From the IMG/VR virus record IMGVR_UViG_3300037010_002844, positions 245,434 to 309,433 of that record: 64,000 nt of DNA; one strand, given 5' to 3'. A model generated the notes under the pieces. It saw nothing but the letters and a program-made list of their open reading frames with translations. It was not told the DNA's origin and searched no databases. Numbering within the stretch: the stretch's first letter is position 1; each line of letters starts with the position of its first letter. The position numbers and the translations under genes were made by a program. This document shows, piece by piece, positions 18,376-28,649 of the stretch.

Positions 18376-18449
18376 AGAGTCGAGGGCGAGAGTTGAGCTC
18401 GCAGACACCTGTTTTGCAGACAGGCCGCTCTCCAATGGCGTACCTCGAC
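18376..18449 (-). tRNA. tRNA-Cys(GCA)
   Basis: Loop CTGCAAA. Confidence 0.8.
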
Positions 18450-18490
18450 ATGAGATCGGTTGTACCACACCGATCGAGTGGTTTGCACTG

Positions 18491-18877
18491 TTAGTAGCTG
18501 GACTGATCCATTCCGCCCGAGCAGGCCTGGCACATATACTTGCCTTCGACCTGCTGCAGCTGGTTAGACGGGACCATTTCACCACAGCCCTCGCAAGGAT
18601 CAAACGAACCGTCCACCTCATTGATTTCGCGGTAGTCGCCCTGCTTCCAAGCCTTGAGTTCGGCCTGTGAGATCTTCTGGAATGATTCATTCATTCCTGA
18701 GCGGCTGTTGGGCCCCTTTGGCATACTGACCAAACTGTTCTTAGGATCACGCGGATTCTGCACGTCGATCTTGGTAGGTGCACCGTAGAGGTGTTCTTCC
18801 TTTTCGACGGGCCAACCGTAGCACTCCTTGACAACGTTGCGGATGATCTGCCGCAGCTCAGACAACCTGATCTTCAT
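18491..18877 (-). CDS. Protein with MKIRLSELRQIIR leader and C-terminal Zn ribbon
   Basis: Leader motif, CxxC...CxxC; ATACTTA 6 nt upstream. Confidence 0.75.
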   Translation of the reverse strand: MKIRLSELRQIIRNVVKECYGWPVEKEEHLYGAPTKIDVQNPRDPKNSLVSMPKGPNSRSGMNESFQKISQAELKAWKQGDYREINEVDGSFDPCEGCGEMVPSNQLQQVEGKYMCQACSGGMDQSSY

Positions 18878-18891
18878 ACGATCTAAGTATG

Positions 18892-18972
18892 TGGTCCACC
18901 CTCTCCCTCTCAGGATTGAATCGAGGCCTCCTGGGTTTCAACCAAGTGCGCTACCATTACGCCAAGGGTGGA
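18892..18972 (-). pseudogene. Degenerate tRNA-Phe(GAA)
   Basis: Loop TTGAAAC; T-arm disrupted. Confidence 0.55.
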
Positions 18973-18982
18973 TGCATGAAAT

Positions 18983-19060
18983 CCGGTCCCCAAGGTCGGA
19001 GTCGAACCGACATCTCCTGTTCTTCAGGCAGGCGCTAAAGCCACCCCGGCTACTCGGGGA
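18983..19060 (-). tRNA. tRNA-Phe(GAA)
   Basis: Loop CTGAAGA. Confidence 0.82.
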
Positions 19061-19136
19061 TGGAACGTGTCGTTGGTTCCAACCCAACATTTCCGGATTT
19101 GCTTTTTCCGGCGTCTTGCATTAGACGACACATGCA

Positions 19137-19209
19137 TGGGTGACCGACGGGAGTTGCACCCGCACTTGTCTGATTCACAGTCAAATGACCCGTTATCGGG
19201 CGGTCACAG
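19137..19209 (-). tRNA. tRNA-His(GUG), shortened D-arm
   Basis: Loop CTGTGAA. Confidence 0.6.
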
Positions 19210-19281
19210 TCAGGATGGTGGGACTCGAACCCACGGCTCCCTCGCTCCAGACGAGGTTGTCTGCCGCTGACTTACATCCTG
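19209..19281 (-). tRNA. tRNA-Pro(UGG)
   Basis: CCTCG-TCTGGAG-CGAGG. Confidence 0.8.
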
Positions 19282-19333
19282 AATTTGATGGCACCGTGAA
19301 ACACGGCGAGATTTCGAGTTGGCCATCACGACG

Positions 19334-19409
19334 TGGAGCTGGCGATGGGAGTCGAACCCACATGATCCTCCTTACGAGAGAGGCGCATCTGCCTTTGTGC
19401 TACACCAGC
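19334..19409 (-). tRNA. tRNA-Thr(CGU)
   Basis: Loop CTCGTAA, CCA. Confidence 0.88.
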
Positions 19410-19531
19410 ATGTGGGGTGCTTGTACACCCCACGTTTCTCACTCGACGCTGAGAATCACCCCTGTGCCGACCGTCTTACTACCCTCGCCGGTGAATCCGG
19501 TTTCAGAGGTATGCCATCGCCACGTGGCGAT

Positions 19532-19610
19532 TGGTCGGAATGGCCGGATTCGAACCGGCGACCCCCTGTCCCCCAGACGGGTGCGCTAAACCAAACTACG
19601 CTACATTCCG
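19532..19610 (-). tRNA. tRNA-Pro(GGG)
   Basis: Loop CTGGGGG, ACCA. Confidence 0.9.
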
Positions 19611-19620
19611 ATGTGAAACT

Positions 19621-19695
19621 TGGTCAGGGTGGGGAGACTTGCACTCCCGTCCTCCTCGATCCGAACGAGGCCGTCTGCTTCTGACTTACACCCTG
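19621..19695 (-). tRNA. tRNA-Pro(CGG)
   Basis: Loop TTCGGAT, ACCA. Confidence 0.85.
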
Positions 19696-19699
19696 ATAG

Positions 19700-20011
19700 C
19701 GTCGATCGACTGATCGTCTAGGAGAAGGGCATCACTCCCTCTCACCTACCTCGCAGCAGTCGCGTTGTTCCGTCATAGGACTCAGCAGTTAGCTAGACCG
19801 CCTCAACATCCCAGCAGGAATTTACCTGCATGCACCCCAGCTCTGATCCGGTATTGTCGGTGCACTGTCTCTCGTGAGAATAGGGAACTGCCTGATCCCA
19901 CGTCGGACGACGTTACGCTTCCATGCGCCTCGGACCTGACCAGTTCCCGGTGCCAGTGCCTTTCCCCGAGCAGGGATGAACTTCAGCCACGAGACGATCA
20001 GACGATCGACG
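19700..20011 (-). ncRNA. ~310-nt structured ncRNA of unknown family
   Basis: 20-nt terminal inverted repeat (1 mismatch), internal GGGAACTG/CAGTTCCC helix, sits exactly between two tRNAs. Confidence 0.6.
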
Positions 20012-20085
20012 GTCGGCACGATGGGATCTGAACCCACGACCTCTGCTGTGTGAGAGCAGCGATCTAGCCCCTGAGCTAAGTGCCG
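20010..20085 (-). tRNA. tRNA-Val(CAC)
   Basis: Loop CTCACAC. Confidence 0.8.
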
Positions 20086-20087
20086 AT

Positions 20088-20185
20088 TAGTGGACCCGGC
20101 GGGATCGAACCGCCCTGTCGGGTGCCCGTAACCTCCTGACATGGAGGAACAGCAACACCGTGTATGCCCGTTACACCACGGGTCC
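20088..20185 (-). tRNA. tRNA-like RNA with elongated anticodon arm (GUC in apical loop)
   Basis: GGACCCG/CGGGTCC acceptor, normal D and T arms, anticodon arm about 20 nt longer than normal. Confidence 0.6.
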
Positions 20186-20186
20186 A

Positions 20187-20216
20187 TTGGAACGCAGGTT
20201 GTCAGAGAACAAGGAA
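20187..20216 (-). promoter_or_regulatory. boxA-like antitermination element
   Basis: TTCCTTGTTCTCTGACAACCTGCGTTCCAA, repeated at 44222-44251. Confidence 0.6.
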
Positions 20217-20240
20217 GAACGGACCTTGCGGTCTGTTTCC

Positions 20241-20317
20241 TGGTCGGGGAGGTCGGATTTGAACCGACAACATCGTGCACCCAAAGCACGCGCACTACCA
20301 GGTTGTGCTACACCCCG
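20241..20317 (-). tRNA. tRNA-Pro(UGG)
   Basis: Loop TTTGGGT, ACCA. Confidence 0.9.
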
Positions 20318-20525
20318 ATGAGTTTCTTCTGTCTGTCTGCCGGTTGTCTCTGCCCGGCTGCGCCACTTTCAACCCCTATGGGGGTGCGGCGACCGAAACG
20401 GCAACGACAACGTGGTCACAGACAAGAGGCAACAGAGGCTTTCGCCTTCCATGCTCATCATCGTCGTTGTGGTTCCGCGTGACATTGTAAATCTCGTTTT
20501 CGGTTAGGAGTGAGTTGTAGTGACT

Positions 20526-20601
20526 CGGTGACCCTAACGGGATTCGAACCCGGGTCGCCAGCGTGAGAGGCTAGCATCCTGAGCCGTTAGAAGATAGGGC
20601 C
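20526..20601 (-). tRNA. tRNA-Glu(CUC)
   Basis: Loop CTCTCAC; first gene after promoter GTGTAC-N18-TACTGT. Confidence 0.88.
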
Positions 20602-20698
20602 ATTTGATGGCCTTGCAACCATCGTGAACATACAGTATCATGCTCCTTGGGTCTCGTACACTGCTTTTTTCACTTTTTTCGATGGGCTCTCTGCGAAC

Positions 20699-21472
20699 TT
20701 ATGCGGGAGGCTGGCGGTAGACGGTCTGCGCGCCCTCAGACGAAATCCCAAGCGAAAGATTAGCGTCGGCGAGGATCACGGGCAACCGCATCGTCGTCCC
20801 ATCCAGCTCGCAGTCTAGGCTCACCAGCCTCAGACCGTGGCTGTAGTCGGCGTACGTGTTCTCATGGCCTAGGTACAGAGGCTGGATCGGCCGCCCATTG
20901 AGCTGCTGCCAACCATAGATGGCGACCTGCTTCGTCTGACGCTCCAAGCGCTGCGTCATGACGACATCCTTCTTGTGACCCGCGGTCAACTTGGTGGCAT
21001 CGAGCTTCATCATCTCGAGTTGCTTGTTGATGCGCTGGTTGTGAATGACCAGACGCTCAGTTGTCATCATTGACGCATCATAAGGCGGGCCCCATGGGAG
21101 AGGTTGCAGCTTGTTGACCGCTGCGGCCCAAATCAGGTCAGACATCCTAGTCGTCGGTAGCATGCAATCCCACGCATCGCACACCTGCTGCGCCGCGAGC
21201 GGAGACAACGAGGTACGTAGGTAGTCAGCATTAGTGCCGATGCACAACACGTCGGGCATCACGTGGAGCGTCAGAGTGTGCGTCTGGTTGTCGGCTGAGC
21301 GAAACGTCGTCGTCACGTCGACAAATGATCGCATGTGCGCAGGCACGTTGCCCGCGAGCAAGGCTGCGACGGCGTGAGCGTCACGGGTGATGTGATCCAT
21401 GCCCGTCACTTCGCTGACGAACTGTGCGGCGGTGATCGGCGTCTCGGAAACTGGGATGATGGGCGATGTCAT
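20699..21472 (-). CDS. Conserved hypothetical protein (possibly cell-wall acting)
   Basis: 257 aa with motifs AGHKKDVV, VAIYGW, PIQPL, H...YADYSHG.RLV. Confidence 0.75.
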   Translation of the reverse strand: MTSPIIPVSETPITAAQFVSEVTGMDHITRDAHAVAALLAGNVPAHMRSFVDVTTTFRSADNQTHTLTLHVMPDVLCIGTNADYLRTSLSPLAAQQVCDAWDCMLPTTRMSDLIWAAAVNKLQPLPWGPPYDASMMTTERLVIHNQRINKQLEMMKLDATKLTAGHKKDVVMTQRLERQTKQVAIYGWQQLNGRPIQPLYLGHENTYADYSHGLRLVSLDCELDGTTMRLPVILADANLSLGISSEGAQTVYRQPPA

Positions 21473-21483
21473 GGCAGCTTTAA

Positions 21484-21726
21484 CTAGCTGCCAGCTGACC
21501 CACTCATGGCCGACTCAGCGGGATAGGCGAGGCTTCGGTGGTCCAGCGCGGAGTCAGACCTCTTACCGAGTTCAGCTTTGACATCGTGGATCTTTGTCGC
21601 ATAGCTTGCGCGAAGCTCCGGCGACGTGGTGCCCGATAGGAGGGCATCAGCCATGACGAGGTAACCGCGCAAGGCATCGACGGACCAATGAGCGTACGTC
21701 ACAGGTCGTCTCCGGCGCTGGCCCAA
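21484..21726 (-). CDS. Hypothetical protein
   Basis: 80-aa ORF overlapping upstream gene. Confidence 0.5.
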   Translation of the reverse strand: MGQRRRRPVTYAHWSVDALRGYLVMADALLSGTTSPELRASYATKIHDVKAELGKRSDSALDHRSLAYPAESAMSGSAGS

Positions 21727-22121
21727 CGTTCATACTCGTTTTCAACGTCAACGCCCACCCACCGTAGCCAGTCATCACAGCGCTGCCTGATCAGTTGCTC
21801 CATCCAGAGCTTGATGAACGACTCACCATGAGGCCACGTGGACTCTTCGGACATGTCGACCTCCTTGCCATTGATCTTGACAACGACATGCCAGACTGCC
21901 GAGGTGAACAGTGACTGGTATAACTCGTGAGCTTCAACGCGGTAATCCCCGATGGGCCAATCGATTGCCTCCTCGTGAGCATCGACAATGCTCGAAACAA
22001 CGTCTAGGTCGAACCCGCTCAAATCAATCATGTCGTGCGTCCTGTGTGTTTCATCATATAACACCCGATTGCGCGTGCCGGGTACCATTCCGAACGTCGA
22101 CAGATACGTATCTGCAGTCAC
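21699..22121 (-). CDS. Hypothetical protein
   Basis: 140-aa ORF. Confidence 0.6.
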   Translation of the reverse strand: MTADTYLSTFGMVPGTRNRVLYDETHRTHDMIDLSGFDLDVVSSIVDAHEEAIDWPIGDYRVEAHELYQSLFTSAVWHVVVKINGKEVDMSEESTWPHGESFIKLWMEQLIRQRCDDWLRWVGVDVENEYERWASAGDDL

Positions 22122-22141
22122 CGCAATGACGGCGCAGGCAT

Positions 22142-24337
22142 ATGACCATCAGAGACAAGACTCGATCACGAAAGACGTACTCGTTCTACCGGTCTCCTCC
22201 CGTGGTCGAGGCCATGGTAGCCGCGGCCGTGACAGGATGCCCGGGGTCTAAATTGCAAACCTTCAACAACATCGCAGAGTTGGCGGCATTCGACGTTGCA
22301 GCGGCCGCGGCGACCGGCTGCGCCTCCCGCGGCATGATCGCTTACGTCAAGTCAGTCGGCGATTACTTCTCGCTGCTGCCTTTTTCATCGTTCCTTGATC
22401 CAACAACGCAGCCCACTATGTTTCCGTATTCAGGTACGCACACCGACGCGGTGCCTGCCAACGGGACCATCGCACCGTATCCCTTGATGTACTGGCTACG
22501 ATTGAGGTTGAGCCGCGAATGGTCTGCACAGCAGACTTGGTGGGTCAATGCCGACTACGGCTACGATGAGAACGACGGCAAGACGCCCGAGACAGCGCTG
22601 CGTACCATCGACGAATTGACGCTACGCTTGCTTAGCCGCCCAGATGGCCTTGAAGGCGACTACGTTGTCAACGTCACGTCACAGGTCACATCGTCGGTTC
22701 AGGCAAAACTTGGCGTCAACGTCAAGTTTGCGTCCGGCAGCATCAAGTTCGAAGGCTACCGCACCTACGGTGGTGGAGGGCCCGGTTACGGAATCACTGC
22801 GCTCGATCCGTGGCAGTACGGACGCCACGTGTACATCTCACAGATCGGCTATGCCGACTACGGAGCCACCGGAAGCATTGCGTACGGTTACCAGGCACGT
22901 GGTGATGGAGGATCGATCTTGATGATTCCGATGATCTCGTCGTCGTACGATGCCTACAACATCGAACCTCCATTCAAAAAGCCGCAGTGCATCTTTGTGG
23001 AACCCAAATTTGAGGGTTCGCAGCCAATGTTCTTCGGTTGGTTCATGGAAGAGGTCTACGATAACACGTATGCCAGCGCCACGTCGTTCAAGTACATGAT
23101 CACGCCTTTTCCGCGGGAAGGTGACACCAACTCACAGTATGCCCGAGCTGGTCTACACATGTGGCCCGATGCGCAGCCGGGCGCGGGTGGACCCTATGCT
23201 GGCCCATACGCACCCATGTGGCCAACTGACTGGGGCACTGGCACTCAACTTAAGGTTTACAACGTTGACTTCGCAAAGATCAACACGAGTGAGGTCTCTG
23301 TCGAAGGCGCTGGCACCTGCGTCTTCCACTCGCTTGATGTGGGAATAGCTGGAGAACTCGAGTTCTTCAACAATAAGATCGCACCAGACATGACTGTGAC
23401 GGGTGACGAGGCCTCAAGGCTGATCTTCACTAAGTGTAATGTTTTCAATACCCTGGGCAAGCTTATCATCCAAGGTGGACCCATCACGTTCAACGCATCG
23501 TTGTTGACGGCTGTGCCATACACCGAAAATTACCCAGAAGGCTTTGGAGCCAACCCTGGTCCACCCATGGGCAAAGGCTGGTTCTATTGCAGTGACAAGT
23601 CGCCCATCGTCATCTTCCAAGACGCAAGGGTCGGATTCAGCCTCTCTGGCATCACGGGCACTGATCAGGGTCAATTCATGCCAAAACTGGAAGGCATTCC
23701 TCTGCCCAACAACGTCTACATGAAGGACTCACTGTTGGAGGTCGACGATAGCTCGCTGTTCAACGTCAACTTCTCGATGGAACGTTCTAAACTCAGCCTG
23801 GGTGCCAAGGCTGACGCCGGCATGCCGCGGCCCTCAGCTTGGCACAAGACAGATACCTCAGGTCATCCAGACGATGCTGGTTGTCCTGCCGCTGTGACTG
23901 GGTGTGTCTTCTCAATGGACGGTGATTCCATAGTCGACGTGGGATCATTGATCGATGGCGACACAGTCATGGATGGTGCCAACAATGGTATTTACACGTT
24001 GAACCCGTGGTTTACGAGAATTGATCGTTTGGGATATCCCAAGTCAGTCTTTGAACTTCGTAACCAAAATTCGACCATCTACACGCCGTACTCGACACCA
24101 AGTTACTCTCCTGCACCGCCCCCTACCGGCAGCATCATCTTGGATTACATCACCGAAGGGTCTATGCCGCAAGAGCGCCAGTGGTATGACACGCCCATCG
24201 TCGACACACTGACTGGCACTAGAATCGTGCCAGGCATCTTGCCGTGGACGGTGTTGACGGGCTCGGGTGCTTGGGCTGCGTCTCCCAATGGCAAAGGTCC
24301 AATGCCAATGCCGAAGCAGATACCCGGACCTTGGTGA
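22142..24337 (+). CDS. Virion structural/tail-spike-like protein
   Basis: 731 aa; WWVN...G.DENDG.TP.TALRTI motif typical of the start of beta-helix spikes. Confidence 0.6.
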   Translation: MTIRDKTRSRKTYSFYRSPPVVEAMVAAAVTGCPGSKLQTFNNIAELAAFDVAAAAATGCASRGMIAYVKSVGDYFSLLPFSSFLDPTTQPTMFPYSGTHTDAVPANGTIAPYPLMYWLRLRLSREWSAQQTWWVNADYGYDENDGKTPETALRTIDELTLRLLSRPDGLEGDYVVNVTSQVTSSVQAKLGVNVKFASGSIKFEGYRTYGGGGPGYGITALDPWQYGRHVYISQIGYADYGATGSIAYGYQARGDGGSILMIPMISSSYDAYNIEPPFKKPQCIFVEPKFEGSQPMFFGWFMEEVYDNTYASATSFKYMITPFPREGDTNSQYARAGLHMWPDAQPGAGGPYAGPYAPMWPTDWGTGTQLKVYNVDFAKINTSEVSVEGAGTCVFHSLDVGIAGELEFFNNKIAPDMTVTGDEASRLIFTKCNVFNTLGKLIIQGGPITFNASLLTAVPYTENYPEGFGANPGPPMGKGWFYCSDKSPIVIFQDARVGFSLSGITGTDQGQFMPKLEGIPLPNNVYMKDSLLEVDDSSLFNVNFSMERSKLSLGAKADAGMPRPSAWHKTDTSGHPDDAGCPAAVTGCVFSMDGDSIVDVGSLIDGDTVMDGANNGIYTLNPWFTRIDRLGYPKSVFELRNQNSTIYTPYSTPSYSPAPPPTGSIILDYITEGSMPQERQWYDTPIVDTLTGTRIVPGILPWTVLTGSGAWAASPNGKGPMPMPKQIPGPW

Positions 24338-24384
24338 ATTTTGAGCGCAAAGTCAAGACAGATCCTGTGAGAGAAAACTAGACA

Positions 24385-27174
24385 ATGAAAACGTACGCAC
24401 GTCCAACACAACGCCCCGGTTGGTTCTACCGTCTGACGACACTGTCGGGAAGCGTGGGTTACCTGGGACCGCTCAGCGTCTACAAAGGACCGGGTGACAT
24501 CGGCGCGCATAACCCACCTTACAGCACTCAACGACCCACGGTTGGTTGGGACGTGGCACTATGGGTCGATGGTGGCAATGACGTTGACGAAGTGAATCAA
24601 GTCGGCAGAAACACGCAGGTGTTTGCGGGCGACGTGGTCATCTCAGGCAGCCTCAGCATCCTTAACTCTAACTGCAATGAATGGTCAAGTAACAACGCTG
24701 GTCCCGCGGGAGGTCTGCGCTTCAACACCAAGTTGGCCAAGTACGCAGCGGGCGAAATTTCTCCAGGTTGGCGCACGAACGATCTGCAGTATTTCCTTGA
24801 CGATAAGATCAATCAAGACGCGTATGGCAAATTGCCAAGCGCCGCCACAGCGCTGATCAACCTGATCGATGCCAGCGGCGCGCAGCAGCTTAGCATCGAT
24901 CCAGATGGCAACAGCCCTGCGTTCATTGCGCTGCCGAGCCTCAGCGACACTGGGCAGCTTTCAAAGACTGACAATTTGCCCATAACGAGTTGGTCTTCTG
25001 GGTCGATGTTGCGCTACAAGAAAATCGATCCGAGTCCCAACTCAGTGCACATCTATACGCCATTGCCTCTAAAGGATGCTCAACGAGGCACGCAGATCGA
25101 TGTCATCTCAGGCTCGGGCTACGTGTCTGATAATGATCCAGATACACTCGAGAACGAGTATCCTTCTTCGTACGTCCTCAAGGCACAAGGTGACGAGGTC
25201 ACGTTCGTTGCTTGGGGCGGTGCCTGGCACGTGATCGGTGGAGGCAACGAGATCAGCAGCACGAGATACGCCCCGGGTGATTCAGGAGCTGGCAAGAAGG
25301 CGACGTTGTTCTCACGAGGCGGCGTATCTGGTGGCCGCTACGCAGATGATTCATTCGACTATCGGCACAGCAATCGCTCGTACATCAGCGGATCAATGAC
25401 GATCGGTTATTGGGATGGCACGGACCAGGACCACCCGACACTCACCGACACCGCCAACTACGAAAAGGCTTTTTCTTGCGCAGCCTTGTTGGATGAGGAG
25501 CTCTTCTTCACTGCAGGAACGGGTGAAGGTGAAGGTGAAGGCGAACTATTGTCGTTCAATCAGTTCACGGGTCGCTTCACCGATTGGCTCACGTTGGCAG
25601 GCACGAAGAATGATGGACCAGGGCCGTCGTCAATCAGTGCAAGAAATGCGTCAGACATCCTGGCACTCAAGAATTGGTTCAATGGCCAGCAGCTAGCGGT
25701 CGTCCATGCCAACGCATTCTTCTTGTTGAGCCTGGGCAGCGACAGTATCTGGCCAGTTCCTTCATACAACTACACGTACAAGTACTCGGTAGTCGCCGGT
25801 ACGTTCCAAGACGCACGTTTGTGCTACTCGCCTATCGGTCAGAGTTCAAAGGACAAGATGGGGCAGATCTTCCTGTTTGCGCCCGTTCTAAAGTCGATCT
25901 TGGGCTTTGATGGCAACAAGAACTCCCCTGGAACAGTGCTGCTGGACTTCACGGGTCGCCAATTTGACACGCCGTTGTGCGGTTGCGTCGACAACGAAGG
26001 CTACCTGTGGGTCGCCGTCGCGCAGAGACACATTGAAAACGCAACGACATGCAGGCTAGAGAAGTACAGGATCAGCAGTTGGACCAATGAGCTGGTCCCA
26101 AGCCCAGTCGTCACCATTAAATTTCCCAATATCATAGATTTGGTCTTCGACGGCAAGCACGTCTGGGTCCTGGATGCCCTGTCAGCTCCCAAAATCGAAG
26201 GACCCTCAGCGCCCCAGGGAACTGTGTGGAAGGTTGATCCTCGAGCTGGCTGCATTGTCGGCAAGGTCACATCGACGCCCGCGGGGGGCAGCTTCATTGA
26301 TTTTAAGAATGCTGGTTACAATAACGTTTCAGGGGCCAGGCAGTACCTACGTCTCGCGTTCGATGGTCAATACCTTTGGGTCAACTCGGCGGTCAACCCC
26401 TTGTACAGCGAAAATTGGTACCAGGGCAACACATACATGATCGATCCTGACAGCTGCACGATCGTCAGTCAACCCGGGCTTGGTACCACGACGGGCGCAA
26501 TCGTCCCAGTGTCGCCCGGGACTGCAATCGTCAGCCACGGTCAATCAGGGACATTTGCCACGATTGACCTCGAGGTGACGTCACCCGAACCGTCCCTGTC
26601 GATCTCGGGCATCTCGTGGATGGACCAACCGCTGCCAGTTCGATTTGGCGGCGGCACTTCCAACGAGTATGTCCTCAACTTGACGGCAGGTTACAGCGAG
26701 ATCAATGGCGTAAATGCTTTGACGTATCTTCCTATCGGCGCGTGCCGCCTGTGGCACCCAATCAGGGCAGCCTGGCACTCCAAGAGGTATTCATTTCCGG
26801 GCGGTGGTGCGACGCGGACCGTGTATGCCGACAGAGGCAGGTCTGACAAGATTCGTGCTTATCTCCGAGGCTGCATGTGGGCCGACAACAACGTCGGCGG
26901 GGGCGGTCCCGGCAACGTAGCGGTGAAACTGATTGACACCAATGGTGCTGTCGGTTCACCGGGCGCCACTATCTATCGATCAAGCGTCGTCGACACCACG
27001 ATTACCGCGCCTGGGTTCTTTGAGGTCGAGCTGCCGTCAGTGACGGCGTGGCTGGCGGATCAGGGTCCCAGCGTTGAGTTCCTTGATGTTCTGGCGGGTG
27101 CCTGGAACCCTGCGGCACCCGCCGCCGGCGCGGGTTTTGTCCTCAAGCTTGAACTGGTGCTACGATGGCTGTGA
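24385..27174 (+). CDS. Tail fibre-like protein with beta-propeller repeats
   Basis: 929 aa; repeated FDG..(V/L)WV motifs, GDVVISGSL. Confidence 0.65.
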   Translation: MKTYARPTQRPGWFYRLTTLSGSVGYLGPLSVYKGPGDIGAHNPPYSTQRPTVGWDVALWVDGGNDVDEVNQVGRNTQVFAGDVVISGSLSILNSNCNEWSSNNAGPAGGLRFNTKLAKYAAGEISPGWRTNDLQYFLDDKINQDAYGKLPSAATALINLIDASGAQQLSIDPDGNSPAFIALPSLSDTGQLSKTDNLPITSWSSGSMLRYKKIDPSPNSVHIYTPLPLKDAQRGTQIDVISGSGYVSDNDPDTLENEYPSSYVLKAQGDEVTFVAWGGAWHVIGGGNEISSTRYAPGDSGAGKKATLFSRGGVSGGRYADDSFDYRHSNRSYISGSMTIGYWDGTDQDHPTLTDTANYEKAFSCAALLDEELFFTAGTGEGEGEGELLSFNQFTGRFTDWLTLAGTKNDGPGPSSISARNASDILALKNWFNGQQLAVVHANAFFLLSLGSDSIWPVPSYNYTYKYSVVAGTFQDARLCYSPIGQSSKDKMGQIFLFAPVLKSILGFDGNKNSPGTVLLDFTGRQFDTPLCGCVDNEGYLWVAVAQRHIENATTCRLEKYRISSWTNELVPSPVVTIKFPNIIDLVFDGKHVWVLDALSAPKIEGPSAPQGTVWKVDPRAGCIVGKVTSTPAGGSFIDFKNAGYNNVSGARQYLRLAFDGQYLWVNSAVNPLYSENWYQGNTYMIDPDSCTIVSQPGLGTTTGAIVPVSPGTAIVSHGQSGTFATIDLEVTSPEPSLSISGISWMDQPLPVRFGGGTSNEYVLNLTAGYSEINGVNALTYLPIGACRLWHPIRAAWHSKRYSFPGGGATRTVYADRGRSDKIRAYLRGCMWADNNVGGGGPGNVAVKLIDTNGAVGSPGATIYRSSVVDTTITAPGFFEVELPSVTAWLADQGPSVEFLDVLAGAWNPAAPAAGAGFVLKLELVLRWL

Positions 27175-27446
27175 AATCTACCACACAAATCATCTCAAGG
27201 GCTCGACTACAGGCGGCACTCGACGCAGCATCTCGTGATCACGAGCAGGTTTGGATCAGGCCTCTCGTCGATCGTTGGTCGAACGTCGGTGGAGCCTTCA
27301 GGGTGATGTTGACGGGGTCCCTGTCGGGAACGTTGTCGTCAATTTTGACGCCCGACGTCATCCTGACTTCCGACTTCACAGGCTCGCTGACGCTAGCGCC
27401 CTCGGGATCCGCGTCCCCACCTCCCACGCCCGTCGACTGTGTCTGA
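27165..27446 (+). CDS. Hypothetical structural-module protein
   Basis: Overlaps upstream stop; TGS/SG motifs. Confidence 0.55.
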   Translation: MAVKSTTQIISRARLQAALDAASRDHEQVWIRPLVDRWSNVGGAFRVMLTGSLSGTLSSILTPDVILTSDFTGSLTLAPSGSASPPPTPVDCV

Positions 27447-27644
27447 TCAGTTGGCGCTGCTGTAGCGATACCAGACCTTGTCCTCGTCGTGGTCGTATAC
27501 GCGGCTCAGGCCGAATTCACCCCAGTCAAGGGTGATAACCCAACGTGCCTCGCAGTCCACGTAGTTGACGTCAATCACGCGAGGGATGATGTCCCGTCTC
27601 CCGTAAACCACGACCAATGCACCCTTCTCGATCGGCTGCTTCAT
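27447..27644 (-). CDS. Hypothetical protein
   Basis: 65 aa, promoter motif upstream. Confidence 0.6.
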   Translation of the reverse strand: MKQPIEKGALVVVYGRRDIIPRVIDVNYVDCEARWVITLDWGEFGLSRVYDHDEDKVWYRYSSAN

Positions 27645-27705
27645 CCCTTAATGGTACTCTGAGGGTCCAAATGTGTTACACCCGTGACACACAGAATATT
27701 CGCGC

Positions 27706-27954
27706 TTATTGAGATGAGGTATCCGTCACCACCTGGACTAGAAATGCACCAAGGGCCCAACCGCCACCGCGGGGGCCCAAGACATAGACGCAGCGACCAT
27801 CGTGGCGGTCGAGCGAAATGACGAGTGCGACATCCTTGGGTTCAAGGATGTTGATGACGTGACTCATGGTCGCGGGTCCCGCGGGAGACGCTGTCAATTC
27901 CACCGCCCCGGCGATGGACGCGGCCTTGACCAGGTCGCCTGCTCTAAGCCTCAT
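27706..27954 (-). CDS. Hypothetical protein
   Basis: 82 aa, SH3-like GDLV start. Confidence 0.55.
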   Translation of the reverse strand: MRLRAGDLVKAASIAGAVELTASPAGPATMSHVINILEPKDVALVISLDRHDGRCVYVLGPRGGGWALGAFLVQVVTDTSSQ

Positions 27955-27970
27955 AAGAGCAAGTAGGACC

Positions 27971-28642
27971 TCACTCCTTCTTGTTGGCGAACAGTTCCTT
28001 GGTGGCTTCGATTCCCTCGTTGATGATGCGGACCAACGTCCACATCACCGCCACCAGAATCGCCATCAACGTGGCATTCTGGTGCTTAAGAAAGGCGCCA
28101 ACGAGGCAAAAGGCCACGAGCAGCGCCCACAGGATCGCCATCACGTTGGCGAACTTGCTTCGATTTTCCATTTCACTCGACCTTCGCCGACGCGCCCTTG
28201 ACAAGGCTGCCAAGCACGGTGAGACCGAACGCCAACCAGAACGCCCGGAAGACGTCGGTGAGCGGGTGGAGCCCGGTGACGGGCACAAGATCCCAGTTCC
28301 AGCCCGCATAGAGGAAGACGCTGCTGATCAGCGCCATGAGGGCGCAGAGCAACAGGGTGACGAGGACGAGAAGGCCCGCAACGGTGACGCGCTGCAGCAT
28401 GATATGATTCCTTTCTTTCAGTTGGTGTCGAACAACGCGAGGACCTCTGCGAGTAGCACGCCCGACAGTAGGAACAGGCCAAAGGCATGCAGGGTGATGA
28501 GAGAGTTGACGATTGTGGCCACGATGGCCCATCCCACGCCACCGGCCGCGATGCCGAACAGCGGCGCGGCGACGAGGAACTTCATTCCCTTCGGGAAGAG
28601 CAGGCCGAGACCCATCATCGTCAAGATGAACAGAATGTGCAT
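27971..28642 (-). CDS. Three small membrane proteins in tandem (27971-28171, 28173-28400, 28418-28642)
   Basis: Consecutive short ORFs, each with two hydrophobic segments. Confidence 0.55.
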
Positions 28643-28649
28643 GGTACCC

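Noticed and set aside
17417-20490. ORFs overlapping the tRNA arrays
   Set aside because: Translations of tRNA sequence with no protein motifs
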